Shown here: positions 49,857-59,909 of the stretch, piece by piece
Layout: each line of letters opens with the position of its first letter
Position numbering within the stretch: position 1 is the first letter of the stretch
Origin: Thermoplasmatales archaeon
GTDB taxonomy: Archaea > Thermoplasmatota > Thermoplasmata > Thermoplasmatales > Thermoplasmataceae
Length of the DNA stretch: 64,000 nt
NCBI GenBank assembly: GCA_027310185.1
Contig: DAIDBH010000018.1
Coordinates: 244,228 to 308,227, forward strand
Direction: 5' to 3'
Notes under the pieces: generated by a model
What the model was told of the DNA's origin: nothing
The model's input: the letters and a program-made list of their open reading frames with translations, nothing else
Database searches by the model: none
Made by a program: the position numbers and the translations under genes

Positions 49857-50123
49857 CTAAACTAGACTCATATCTTCTGCATCTACCTGGCCAACACCGT
49901 TGATGCCTCTCAGGATCTCCTCGATCTTATCCTGTTGCCCCTCATCATCCCTGACAACAACTTCAAGGCTTATTTTCTTGAGTCCGAAGGCGATTTCCTT
50001 GATCTCAAGGTTGGATATTCTGCATTGATCTTTCAGGGAACTTTTAATTTTCTCGGACATCTCATTCAAATCAGAGTCAGACTCTTCTGGTAAAACTGAA
50101 AATGTAATTGCCACATCTGCCAT
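49857..50123 (-). CDS. ef1b: Elongation factor 1-beta
   Basis: MADV-I---VLPE, IAFGLK-I and D--G--D-IEE motifs. Confidence 0.95.
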   Translation of the reverse strand: MADVAITFSVLPEESDSDLNEMSEKIKSSLKDQCRISNLEIKEIAFGLKKISLEVVVRDDEGQQDKIEEILRGINGVGQVDAEDMSLV

Positions 50124-50133
50124 CTTCATTACC

Positions 50134-50301
50134 TCATGGACCTGTAAAGTTACATTTCTCGCACGTGTAAGGCGTAGTGTGCTCCCTGCAATTTCTGCAT
50201 CTCCCTATAATGTTTTCTCCACAGTTAGGGCAGTCGAATATAGAATAGCCCTCACCTATCAGACCTTTACCGCATGAACTGCAATCTTCTTTGTTTCCCA
50301 T
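50134..50301 (-). CDS. Small Zn-ribbon protein (DUF1610/HVO_2753-like), 55 aa, not in ORF track
   Basis: Hand translation MGNKEDCSSCGKGLIGEGYSIFDCPNCGENIIGRCRNCREHTTPYTCEKCNFTGP with four CxxC; usual position upstream of EF-1beta. Confidence 0.92.
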   Translation of the reverse strand: MGNKEDCSSCGKGLIGEGYSIFDCPNCGENIIGRCRNCREHTTPYTCEKCNFTGP

Positions 50302-50431
50302 TGAACATCCTCTTAATCGCTCATAATTTCAATTTCTTATATACATTTATTGTTTAAATTCTGTTTCACTCGATTACATGTCATCTCACACACAGTGAGA
50401 GAATTTTTAATCGACTAATACATGTACCTTT

Positions 50432-50710
50432 ATGTTCATACAGGTATCAAGCTCAAAAAAGTCAGATAGTTCCATTGAGGCAAAAGCATATACTGTTAGT
50501 GAAGAGCCCCCCTACCTTGCTGTTCTCATCAAGCCGCAACCTGGTATATGGGATGAACTAATGGATAGGGATACCATGTTCATCAAGTTGAGGGAAAAGA
50601 AAGTGATCGAGGTCGGAATAAAGCAGCGTATAGAAGTTGGAGAAAACTCAATATTTTTTGTCACATCTGATGATGAAGAGTTTAAGGGAATATGCGGTGA
50701 ACTTTCATAA
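50432..50710 (+). CDS. Hypothetical protein
   Basis: 92-aa ORF whose stop overlaps the fibrillarin start (TAATG). Confidence 0.65.
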   Translation: MFIQVSSSKKSDSSIEAKAYTVSEEPPYLAVLIKPQPGIWDELMDRDTMFIKLREKKVIEVGIKQRIEVGENSIFFVTSDDEEFKGICGELS

Positions 50711-51378
50711 TGTTTCCAAAGAAATTCATCAATCAGAATATAAGAATAATAAAGGGCAGAATTTATACAGCTTCAAATTTCAAGGATAGTGTTTACGGAG
50801 AAAAGCAGTTAAGGATGAACGGAGAAAATTACAGGCTCTGGGACCCAAAGAGGAGCAAGCTTTCTGCCGCCATTTATAATGGTTTTTCTGGTATGCCCAT
50901 ACTGGAAGATTCTGATATCCTTTATCTTGGTGCATCATTTGGTACTACTGTAAGCCATATATCAGACCTTTCCCCTGATGGGCACATTTTTGCCGTAGAA
51001 TTTTCCCCCGAGCCATTTTCAGGACTTTTAAAGCTTGCAGAGAGAAGAAATAATATTTATCCCGTCCTTTCAAATGCCAGGAATCCAGATAAGTATTCAT
51101 TCTTCATTGAAAGGGATCCGGAGATAATATATCAGGATATTTCACAGCGTGATCAGCTATCAATTCTCTTTAATAATCTGGACTGCTTCGAGCACTGGCA
51201 ACATACTATTTTCATCCTCAAAGCAACTTCCGTGGATTCCTCAAGGAAGCCTTCCGAAGTTCTTAACGAGGTTGTGGGGCTATTGAAAAAGAGAGGAGGA
51301 ATTCACATAATTTCCATAACAGATATTTCGAATTATCACAAAGGACATTTTCTGTTGTTTCTAGAAAATGTTAAATAA
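50710..51378 (+). CDS. flpA: Fibrillarin-like rRNA/tRNA 2'-O-methyltransferase
   Basis: VYGE, YR-WDP-RSKL-AA, LYLGAS-GTTVSH-SD, AVEFS and YQDI-Q-DQ motifs. Confidence 0.95.
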   Translation: MFPKKFINQNIRIIKGRIYTASNFKDSVYGEKQLRMNGENYRLWDPKRSKLSAAIYNGFSGMPILEDSDILYLGASFGTTVSHISDLSPDGHIFAVEFSPEPFSGLLKLAERRNNIYPVLSNARNPDKYSFFIERDPEIIYQDISQRDQLSILFNNLDCFEHWQHTIFILKATSVDSSRKPSEVLNEVVGLLKKRGGIHIISITDISNYHKGHFLLFLENVK

Positions 51379-51551
51379 GTTTGTCAAGGCATTTTTTTTA
51401 AAATGATTTTCCAGGGATATAGAGATATCATTCTTTTGACATTTATGAAAAAATGGCAATTGTTGCCCTGAGTTATATAAATTTTTAAGATTCTTCCATT
51501 GAGGGAGAAAAATATGAGAATAATTTAAGATAAGGATAGAATAGGGGGATT

Positions 51552-54194
51552 ATGGATACTGAGGAAGAAAGCAATGGCCCATTCCAACTGGAATTTTTCA
51601 AGGAAAATGGGTTTCAGAGGAAACAGTGCATATCATGCAAAAACTTTTTCTGGACGCAGAACCCTGGTAGGATGACGTGTGGAGATCCTCCCTGTGACTC
51701 TTATGGGTTTATTGGAAATCCCGCGGGTAAGGGACCATTATCTCCTGATCAGGTCAGGACAGAATTCATTAGATATTTCTCAAAGGATCACAAATACATA
51801 AAACCATACCCTGTGGTACCAAGATGGAGGGATGACGTTCTCCTTGTCAATGCTTCAATTTATGATTTCCAGCCTCATGTTACTTCAGGGCTTGTTCCAC
51901 CCCCTGGCAATCCACTTGTTATGTCACAGCCATCAATAAGGATGAATGATCTGGATCTGGTTGGAGTTTCCGGGAGGCATTTAACGTGCTTTGAGATGCT
52001 ATGTCATGATAGTTTCAACAATAGCAGGGAAAGCCATTACTGGAAGGAAGGAACTGTTTCCAGATGTGATGGATTCTTTTCTGAAGTAGTGGGAATAAAA
52101 AGGGGAGAAATTTCATACAAGGAGAAGCCTTGGTCAGGAGGAGGAAATGCAGGAGATGCTCTGGAAGTTTTCGTCAGGGGTCTTGAAGTGGGTACACTGG
52201 TGTTCATGGATTTAAGGGAAGACCCGGAAGGTAACATAGAGATTGAAGGATCAAAATATTCCCGGATGGAAATGAACATTGTTGATACTGGATACGGGCT
52301 TGAAAGAATCAGCTGGGTTACCCAGGGTTCACCAACTGTATATGATTCAACATATGGTAGCGTAATTTCTCATATACTCAGAGAATCGGGAGTTGAACTT
52401 GAAAATATCTCAGAAATGGGAGCAATAACCCAGATATATTCCTCAGATCCGGATAGGTTGCCATCGGAAATAGAGAAAGAGGTGAGGAAAGTTGTTAGGG
52501 ATGATCTGGCAATCAACTGGGATCATGTTGAGAAAATCAGGCAGGCATATGTCCTTGGCGACCATGCAAGATCAATAATACTTCTTTCCAGAGATTATGT
52601 CATACCAAGTAATGTAAAGGTTGGCTATCTTTTCAGGCTACTTCTCAGGAGGTCCTTCAGGGCAATGGATCATCTTCATTTCAAGGGTACCCTGATGGAA
52701 ATAATAAAGCTCCAGGCTTCAAACATGAAAGGTATTGTTGATGATTTTCCAGAGAAATTTCTTCAGGAAATAATTGATGAAGAGAGGGATAAGTATGAAA
52801 AATCACTGGAAAAAGGAACTGAAGTAGTAAGGAGGATCCTCAAGAAAAAGGGAACAATGGAATTCAGCGATCTGGAAATGCTTTACGATTCCTATGGTCT
52901 CGTTCCAGATTTTGTTTCACAGATAATGAAGGAACAGGGAAAGGAACTGGTTGTCCCAGCTGATTTTCATGCAAGAATCGTAGAGATGCATTCAAGAAAG
53001 GAAGAAAGAATCGGGGAAAAGGATGGAGTTTCCATATTCAAGGGCCTCGAAACAAGACCACTCTATTATGACGATCCAAACATGCTTGAATTCACATCCA
53101 TTGTCCTTGAATCCTCAGACGATCTTCTGGTAACCAACCAGACTGCCTTTTACCCAACGGGAGGTGGTCAACCATTTGATACTGGATATTTCCAGGTAGG
53201 TTCAAAAAAATACAGCGTGGTAGATGTATATAGGGAAGGGAATGCAGTTGTTCACAGAATAGTGGGTCATATCGAAAAAGGGACAAGGGTAAAAGGATAT
53301 GTTGATGTAGCAAGGAGGAGACAGCTTATGGTTCATCATACATCAACCCATCTATTGCTTGGCACACTAAGAAAACTATTGGGGGATCAGGTTTGGCAGG
53401 CGGGAGCCCAGAAAGGTGTGGAATCATCAAGAATTGATATTACCTACAACGGCAAGATCACAGAAGAAACTATCAGACGTATAGAGCATGAATGTCTTTC
53501 AAGAATTACAGAAAACAGGAAAGTAACTTCAAGATTCATGGACTGGAACAGGGCAATTGATACCTACGGGTTCAGGCTTTTTGAAGGAGGCGTTCCATTA
53601 TCCAGGAAGCTTAGAGTGGTAGAGATAGAGGGAGTTGATGTGGAGGGGTGTGGCGGAACTCATCTCTCCAGTACAGCAGAGATAGGATTTTTGAAGATTC
53701 TCAAGGTGGAAAGCATTCAGGAGGGGATATATAGATTTACATTTGCTGCGGGTAATGCAGCACTCAACTATGTTGAAAGTGTTGAATCGGACATGAACCA
53801 GATTAAAAATATAGTAAGATCAACAGAAGACACGGTTCAAAAAGTTGAGAAGAGCATAGAAGAACTCATCCACTTAAGGGATGAGGTAACTATTGTGAAT
53901 AAGGAGATACTGGCACATCTCTTTGATGTGGGAAAGAAGTTGATCTTATGCGACACTACTGTCTGGATAGTAAATCTGGAAAGAGAAGAACTTTTGAAGC
54001 TGGCAGTCCCAATGGCTCTGGGTAAATCAGGTACTTTCATCCTCTCCACAAAAGGAAAAAAGACCATTGTGGGCAGGAACAGGGAAGAACTTCAAAAACT
54101 GGTGAACTGCATATCAAGAATAGAATGGGATGGTAAGGGCCACGTAATCCCAATCAATCAAGACCAGCTTAAAAGTGAAAATTTAATAAACTAA
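51552..54194 (+). CDS. alaS: Alanine--tRNA ligase (archaeal type)
   Basis: YPVV-RWR-D, ASIYDFQP, H-T-FEM and DTGYGLER motifs; editing HxxxH and CGGTH. Confidence 0.97.
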   Translation: MDTEEESNGPFQLEFFKENGFQRKQCISCKNFFWTQNPGRMTCGDPPCDSYGFIGNPAGKGPLSPDQVRTEFIRYFSKDHKYIKPYPVVPRWRDDVLLVNASIYDFQPHVTSGLVPPPGNPLVMSQPSIRMNDLDLVGVSGRHLTCFEMLCHDSFNNSRESHYWKEGTVSRCDGFFSEVVGIKRGEISYKEKPWSGGGNAGDALEVFVRGLEVGTLVFMDLREDPEGNIEIEGSKYSRMEMNIVDTGYGLERISWVTQGSPTVYDSTYGSVISHILRESGVELENISEMGAITQIYSSDPDRLPSEIEKEVRKVVRDDLAINWDHVEKIRQAYVLGDHARSIILLSRDYVIPSNVKVGYLFRLLLRRSFRAMDHLHFKGTLMEIIKLQASNMKGIVDDFPEKFLQEIIDEERDKYEKSLEKGTEVVRRILKKKGTMEFSDLEMLYDSYGLVPDFVSQIMKEQGKELVVPADFHARIVEMHSRKEERIGEKDGVSIFKGLETRPLYYDDPNMLEFTSIVLESSDDLLVTNQTAFYPTGGGQPFDTGYFQVGSKKYSVVDVYREGNAVVHRIVGHIEKGTRVKGYVDVARRRQLMVHHTSTHLLLGTLRKLLGDQVWQAGAQKGVESSRIDITYNGKITEETIRRIEHECLSRITENRKVTSRFMDWNRAIDTYGFRLFEGGVPLSRKLRVVEIEGVDVEGCGGTHLSSTAEIGFLKILKVESIQEGIYRFTFAAGNAALNYVESVESDMNQIKNIVRSTEDTVQKVEKSIEELIHLRDEVTIVNKEILAHLFDVGKKLILCDTTVWIVNLEREELLKLAVPMALGKSGTFILSTKGKKTIVGRNREELQKLVNCISRIEWDGKGHVIPINQDQLKSENLIN

Positions 54195-54216
54195 ATTTAG
54201 CATAACGAATACATAT

Positions 54217-55944
54217 ATGGCCGGCACCAGAAATCAGGACGAAGATGAAATAAGAATATTCTCGTCTTTTTTCACAATCCTAAAGGTTGAGAGAGACAAC
54301 AACATCCTGACTTTTAAAATACCAGAAAGTGAATACAGCAGTGAAAAATTCGAGCAACTATACAATGCCCTGAAGGAAAAGGGGTTTTATTCATATACAA
54401 ACGGCAAAGGCGAGATCATTTCTTTCAGGAAAGTAAATAACAGAAATAGGGCATACTTGAAATTCCTGCTGATAATACTAACCATTCTATCCATAATCTA
54501 TGCAGGTTATTCATATTCCGCAAGTTACTATTCTGGGATGAGCCTGATCTCGATCTTCTCACTGACTATCATTTACTTCGTTCTGCCAGTAGTATTCATA
54601 CTCATAATGAGGGAATTACCGAAATATCTCATTATGAGGGGCAGGAAGCAAAAATATTCAATACCTCTTTTTGTTCCAAATCCATTCCTGATGGGTACAA
54701 TGGGGGTAATAAACGCTCCTGATGAACCATATATGAACTCCGATGATGAAATTCTGGCAGGATTCTTTTCTCTTGTCATGGGGTTCATCGTTTCAACTAT
54801 TTTTCTGACCATAGGATATCTCGGATTGTCCCTGTATACTGGTGCGAGTTATGTTACAAATGGAACAACAAGCGTGATAAATATACCACTCCTCATTCAG
54901 ATGTTCACAGGACATCTCATCCCAAATTCAGGATTTCTTGACCCTATAAGTCTCGCAGGCTGGTCGGGGTTAATTTTCACCTCTTTTAACGCATTCCCCA
55001 TTGGGCTTATGGATGGTGGGATGATACTATCTGGATTTAACAGGTCTTTCAGAAAGAATGTTTCATATATTTTCATAACAATAATGATTTTTATTTCATT
55101 CACATATCTTGCCTGGCTGATTCTTCCTCTGTTCCTTGCATTTCTTGGCATGGGAACGATTGAGCCGGTGGACACTAATTATTTGAGGGCGAGCAAGAAG
55201 GCATTTGTGGCCATAGGGATAACAATGGCCCTCGCAGTAATAGGTCTTACCCCATATCCACTTCATCTATCCAGCCCAGAGATGGAAGTCTTCTACAATG
55301 GACAGTGGGATGTTTCATTGAATGGATCGCACTCCATGAGCTATTATGATGTCATCATCTCAAATTATGGCCAGAATAGCATCAATCCAGGTTTTTCAGT
55401 ATCACCTGCAATGGGAATTTCAATTTCAACAAACAACACCCTCATAAAACCTGGAGCAATGAACACATTCAATATAGGAATAAATACAACAGGAGCGTCT
55501 GCAGGGTTGAACCGTGTTGATCTGAAGATCTATGTTGGAAGTTCTGATAGATCCATATCTCTCATATTTTTTAAAATTGATCCAACGGAAAACATACAGA
55601 TGAAATATCTGCCCGCGCAACTAAACAATGAAACTGGATTTCTAGAAAATGTAACAATTTACAACACCGTTAATGAGAATGTATCAGAAAATTTCCTGAT
55701 TGGGGCGCCAGAAAACTGGCATTACGATATATTTGTGAGCAACACGACAAAATTTTCAAATTCCGTGTCCCAGGAACAAAACGGTTCTTATAGCTTTGGC
55801 ACTTACCAGATCCAGAAGCCAACCCAGTACGGACCAAGTTTCTTGATGATCAGGATATATTCAAAGTATCTGCCACAATCAAACATTTATTTTGCTGTTT
55901 ACAATAGTACCGATTATGGTAATATGCTGACAATGGAGAAGTGA
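54217..55944 (+). CDS. Site-2-protease (M50)-like membrane protein lacking HExxH, with extracellular Ig-like C-terminus
   Basis: P-F-P...GT-G, AG, AGW-GL--T--N--P-G-MDGG retained; the HE-GH position reads RELPK. Confidence 0.75.
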   Translation: MAGTRNQDEDEIRIFSSFFTILKVERDNNILTFKIPESEYSSEKFEQLYNALKEKGFYSYTNGKGEIISFRKVNNRNRAYLKFLLIILTILSIIYAGYSYSASYYSGMSLISIFSLTIIYFVLPVVFILIMRELPKYLIMRGRKQKYSIPLFVPNPFLMGTMGVINAPDEPYMNSDDEILAGFFSLVMGFIVSTIFLTIGYLGLSLYTGASYVTNGTTSVINIPLLIQMFTGHLIPNSGFLDPISLAGWSGLIFTSFNAFPIGLMDGGMILSGFNRSFRKNVSYIFITIMIFISFTYLAWLILPLFLAFLGMGTIEPVDTNYLRASKKAFVAIGITMALAVIGLTPYPLHLSSPEMEVFYNGQWDVSLNGSHSMSYYDVIISNYGQNSINPGFSVSPAMGISISTNNTLIKPGAMNTFNIGINTTGASAGLNRVDLKIYVGSSDRSISLIFFKIDPTENIQMKYLPAQLNNETGFLENVTIYNTVNENVSENFLIGAPENWHYDIFVSNTTKFSNSVSQEQNGSYSFGTYQIQKPTQYGPSFLMIRIYSKYLPQSNIYFAVYNSTDYGNMLTMEK

Positions 55945-55948
55945 ACAG

Positions 55949-57004
55949 ATGAAGATAGGTTTCATGATAAATCCGCGGGCAGGGGAAGGTCTTTTTTACA
56001 GGACAAATGGTTCTGATAGGCTTGATGCAGATTCAGACCAGAGTTATTCCACATCCAGGGCAATGAGATTCCTGGATAATCTTAACCGGTATTATGTTTT
56101 CCTGACTGCATCCGGGAAAATGGGCGAGGATGCATTATTGACTTCAGGATTTGACAACGTGGAAGTAATATACAACCCAAAGGAAGTTACCGATCGCCAG
56201 GATACCATTAATTTTGTTCGTGAAGCAGAGAAAAGATGTGATATAATTCTTTTCGCAGGAGGGGATGGAACCGCTGGAGACATACTTTCAGTAAACCCTC
56301 AAATTCCTGTTCTTGGAATTCCGGCAGGAATGAAGATGTACAGTTCAATTTTTGCAAAGGATCCAGAGGAAGCAGCAGAACTTCTCGATCAGTTTGATTC
56401 TGGTAATGCAGTCATAGTAGATTCGCTCATAGAAGATGCAGACGAGGATAAAATGACGGAGGGAAAACTCCTGATAAAGAGGATTGGAACTGTTAAGTCC
56501 ATATCATCAGAAGATCATTATCACGATCCAAAGATCGTATCCTACGAATGGACAGAAGACAGCATTACAGAATACATTGAAGATACCATGGATTCTTCCT
56601 ATTACCTGATAGGAACGGGCACGACCTGTAAAAGAATAATGGAGAACCTTGGAATGAGCACATCAATGTTTTCAGTAGATCTTGTAAAGGATAAGAAACT
56701 CATAAAAAGCAACTATTTTCCCGAAGATTTAGATAAATTTGTAAAGGATGATGCTGAACTGAAGATAATCGTATCCCATTACGCGGGGAGCGGTTTCTTT
56801 CTAGGTCGCGGAAACAGGCAGATTGATGCGAGAGCAATCAAGAGAGCGGGAAAAAAGAATATTATTATAGTCTCATCAGAGAACAAGTTATCAACCACCA
56901 AAGGGCTCAGGTTTGACATAGATGGAATACCGCCTGATTTCTTTGGGAAGTACGTGAAGGTAATAGTAGGTTATGAGCGGTTCAGAATGATTCCGGTGCT
57001 TTAA
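55949..57004 (+). CDS. ATP-NAD kinase-like family protein
   Basis: INP-AG, GSD, FAGGDGTA-D, LGIPAG-KMYS--FA, G-G-T and GF-LGRGN-Q motifs. Confidence 0.85.
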   Translation: MKIGFMINPRAGEGLFYRTNGSDRLDADSDQSYSTSRAMRFLDNLNRYYVFLTASGKMGEDALLTSGFDNVEVIYNPKEVTDRQDTINFVREAEKRCDIILFAGGDGTAGDILSVNPQIPVLGIPAGMKMYSSIFAKDPEEAAELLDQFDSGNAVIVDSLIEDADEDKMTEGKLLIKRIGTVKSISSEDHYHDPKIVSYEWTEDSITEYIEDTMDSSYYLIGTGTTCKRIMENLGMSTSMFSVDLVKDKKLIKSNYFPEDLDKFVKDDAELKIIVSHYAGSGFFLGRGNRQIDARAIKRAGKKNIIIVSSENKLSTTKGLRFDIDGIPPDFFGKYVKVIVGYERFRMIPVL

Positions 57005-57045
57005 CAATACAGTTTAAATGTTTAATTCCAATAGCCGTGGGTTAA

Positions 57046-58776
57046 ATGGAGAAAACTTTCGCAGACCTTTCTAAATATGTCAGGAGATCACCACCTTTCT
57101 GGTTATTGTTAACAGTCCTTCTCATCCTCTTTGCGCTGGAATTATTGAATTCAAGAAGCCTTTTAATGTCATTCTTCATGATCCCTGTTACTGCCGCTAT
57201 AACCATAACAATAGATCAGATATTTTCAAGATATTTCAAGTCTCATCTTAATCTAAAGAAAAATCTATTCCTCTTCGTTCTCACATTCTTCATGTTCTTC
57301 ATAATATATATCCTGCTTGATCTGGTCTTCCCATTCTTCAGCACACAGAATATTGCTATTTCTCTCTCTTTTGCCTCTTTTTTCAGATTTCTGGTGTTTT
57401 ACGTATACCTGTCTGATAATGACCGGATAAACTATCTCAACTCCCTAAGTCTCACACTGTCATTCATACCACTGTTCCTTTTCTACGTGGATTACACAGT
57501 AATGGCTGAAGCCATCCTGTACAGCTTAATATCAGCATATCTTTCCTACTTCTTTGTTACGAGGGCAACATCAACTTTCAGAAACGAGTTCCATGAAGAA
57601 CCAAGACAGTTGATAAAATTCTTCCTATACAGCGCAACGAGCAAGAAATATTATGATGTGGGAGACAGGTTCTTCAAGAGGATGTATTCAGAGCAGAGAA
57701 CAGTTCCAGTAAACTTCATCAGGATATTGAATGAAAAGGAGGAAAATGTTGTAACCATGGTATTTCCCTATATACATCCAGGACCCTTCGGCTTGATAGG
57801 AACCAGTGACTTACCGAGAAGGTTGCAGGATAGACTCACGGATCTGAATTCAGATTTCATGGTATTCCATACCAGCACAACAAACAATAATAACTGTTCA
57901 GGAGACGAGGACATAGATTCCATTGCAGATGCCATAAGAAATTCATGGAATGGCATCTCCCAGTCAAAAACAATGTCAAGAATTGTCTCGGCAAAGTCTT
58001 CCGGGATAATCCTTGACGGAATGAAATTTGGGAACTTTGGTTTCCTCGCACTAAACCCTGACAAGGTAAATTTTGATGATATACTTCTCACGGAAGGGGA
58101 AAAATTATGGAAGTATATAGAAAAGGAATTCAATCTTCATTTCTCCATTCTCGACGCACAGAATAATTTTTCGAAGGGAGCTAAGGAAATCACAGATACC
58201 AATCCATACTTCAGATCTTCTTCAAGACTTATTTCCAGAATGAATGATAGATACAAAGGAAAAGCTGGTTACTCCAGGCGATCAATGAATTTGAATTCCA
58301 TCGGAAAAATGGGGATACAGGCAATAGTTTTCGACTATGGTGACCAGAAGAACGCGATTATCCTTACCGATTCAAATAATATAACGGTAAGCCTGATGAA
58401 GGAAATACGACAGGTTGCAAAGAATATGGTTGATTATGTTGCCATATATACAACGGACAATCACATTGTTAACCAGGGATCACTGGACATGAATCCTCTG
58501 GGTGAGAAGGATGACATTGAAACGATCAGGAACGAAGCTATAGGAGCCATAAAGGATGCAATTGATCACATTCAGGATGTATCATTCATATACGGACACG
58601 TGGAAGTAAATGTGAAAATGGGCAGTGAAGATTCCTATAGAACTCTCATGAATACGGTCTTTGCATCTCTGAGCAAGGCTAAATATTACGCGGCTTTCAG
58701 CGTTTCACTAACATTTTTAATTCCATTCATCCTTTCCATAACTGGATTCGTTTACAAAATTCCCTTTATAAGATGA
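57046..58776 (+). CDS. DUF2070-family membrane protein
   Basis: N-terminal TM bundle; P-IHPGPF---G---LP, FH, DA-N, DSNN and TTDNH motifs; C-terminal TM. Confidence 0.85.
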   Translation: MEKTFADLSKYVRRSPPFWLLLTVLLILFALELLNSRSLLMSFFMIPVTAAITITIDQIFSRYFKSHLNLKKNLFLFVLTFFMFFIIYILLDLVFPFFSTQNIAISLSFASFFRFLVFYVYLSDNDRINYLNSLSLTLSFIPLFLFYVDYTVMAEAILYSLISAYLSYFFVTRATSTFRNEFHEEPRQLIKFFLYSATSKKYYDVGDRFFKRMYSEQRTVPVNFIRILNEKEENVVTMVFPYIHPGPFGLIGTSDLPRRLQDRLTDLNSDFMVFHTSTTNNNNCSGDEDIDSIADAIRNSWNGISQSKTMSRIVSAKSSGIILDGMKFGNFGFLALNPDKVNFDDILLTEGEKLWKYIEKEFNLHFSILDAQNNFSKGAKEITDTNPYFRSSSRLISRMNDRYKGKAGYSRRSMNLNSIGKMGIQAIVFDYGDQKNAIILTDSNNITVSLMKEIRQVAKNMVDYVAIYTTDNHIVNQGSLDMNPLGEKDDIETIRNEAIGAIKDAIDHIQDVSFIYGHVEVNVKMGSEDSYRTLMNTVFASLSKAKYYAAFSVSLTFLIPFILSITGFVYKIPFIR

Positions 58777-59841
58777 CTGCCTCCTGAGATAGAGGTCAAG
58801 CAGGGAAAGCGCAGTTACACACTTAACAACCGGGACTGCACGTATTGCAATGCATGGATCATGCCTTCCCTGAACTCTTATGGTGGTATTTTCCCAGTTT
58901 TTTATATCCACAGTTTCCTGTTCTTTTCTTATGGAGGATGTGGCCTTGAAAACAGTTCTGAACTCAATATCATTTCCATAGGTTATACCTCCAAGAACTC
59001 CACCGTTGTGATTTGATTGAGCCGTTACTTTACCATTCATCATATGGAACGAATCATTGGAGGTGCTTCCATTCATTCTTCCAAGATTGAACCCCTCACC
59101 AAATTCAATCCCCTTAACTCCGGGGACCGAGAACATCAGGTGTGATACGACAGATTCTACCGAATCAAAAAATGGTTCCCCCATCCCTGCTGGAACATTT
59201 CTCACAACAGTCTTTACAATGCCTCCAGTACTGTCCCCCTGGGACTGCAAATGTCTTATGAGTCCTTCGGCTTCCTCATCGCATGCAGAGTCAGGTATCC
59301 GTGACTTCATGTCATATACTTCTGAATCATCATAGAACCTGTCTTCCTTTATTCTGATATCTCCCATACTCTGTAGGTAGGATGAAATCTGGATATCTTT
59401 TTCTGCAAGTAGCTGGATTGCGACCGATCCAGCTGCAACAAGGGGTGCTGTCATTCTTCCTGAAAGAAAACCTCCACCTGAATAGTTCCTGTATGGTCCA
59501 TACTTGAGAAACAGGCTCAGATCACCGTGCCCCGGTCTTGGCTTCTCCTTCAATTCATCATAATGTCTTTCAATCACGTCTTTGTTTCTTATGAGCATTG
59601 TAATTGGACCTCCGTCCGTGTAACAATTGTTAATCCCTGAAATGAATTCCACCTGATCCGTCTCCTTTCTCTGCGTTGTAAGTGAACTCTGACCGGGAGC
59701 CCTTCTTGACATCCATAGATTTACCTTATTCTCATCTATCCTGAAACCTGAAGGTATACCATCAAGAATGCAGCCTACTGCGGAGCCATGAGATGAACCA
59801 AATATCGAAATTGAAATTCTATCTTTGAATGTAAAACTCAT
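58717..59841 (-). CDS. aroC: Chorismate synthase
   Basis: FG-SHG, R-E-D, RPGH-D, GG--SGR-TA, N--GG-LGGI and GRHDPC motifs. Confidence 0.96.
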   Translation of the reverse strand: MSFTFKDRISISIFGSSHGSAVGCILDGIPSGFRIDENKVNLWMSRRAPGQSSLTTQRKETDQVEFISGINNCYTDGGPITMLIRNKDVIERHYDELKEKPRPGHGDLSLFLKYGPYRNYSGGGFLSGRMTAPLVAAGSVAIQLLAEKDIQISSYLQSMGDIRIKEDRFYDDSEVYDMKSRIPDSACDEEAEGLIRHLQSQGDSTGGIVKTVVRNVPAGMGEPFFDSVESVVSHLMFSVPGVKGIEFGEGFNLGRMNGSTSNDSFHMMNGKVTAQSNHNGGVLGGITYGNDIEFRTVFKATSSIRKEQETVDIKNWENTTIRVQGRHDPCIAIRAVPVVKCVTALSLLDLYLRRQSSYKGNFVNESSYGKDEWN

Positions 59842-59909
59842 TGAGGAATGAAATACAAATAATCATAATAGACTTTTCACGGGAGCCCCAAAGAAAATGA
59901 TCATGTTTA

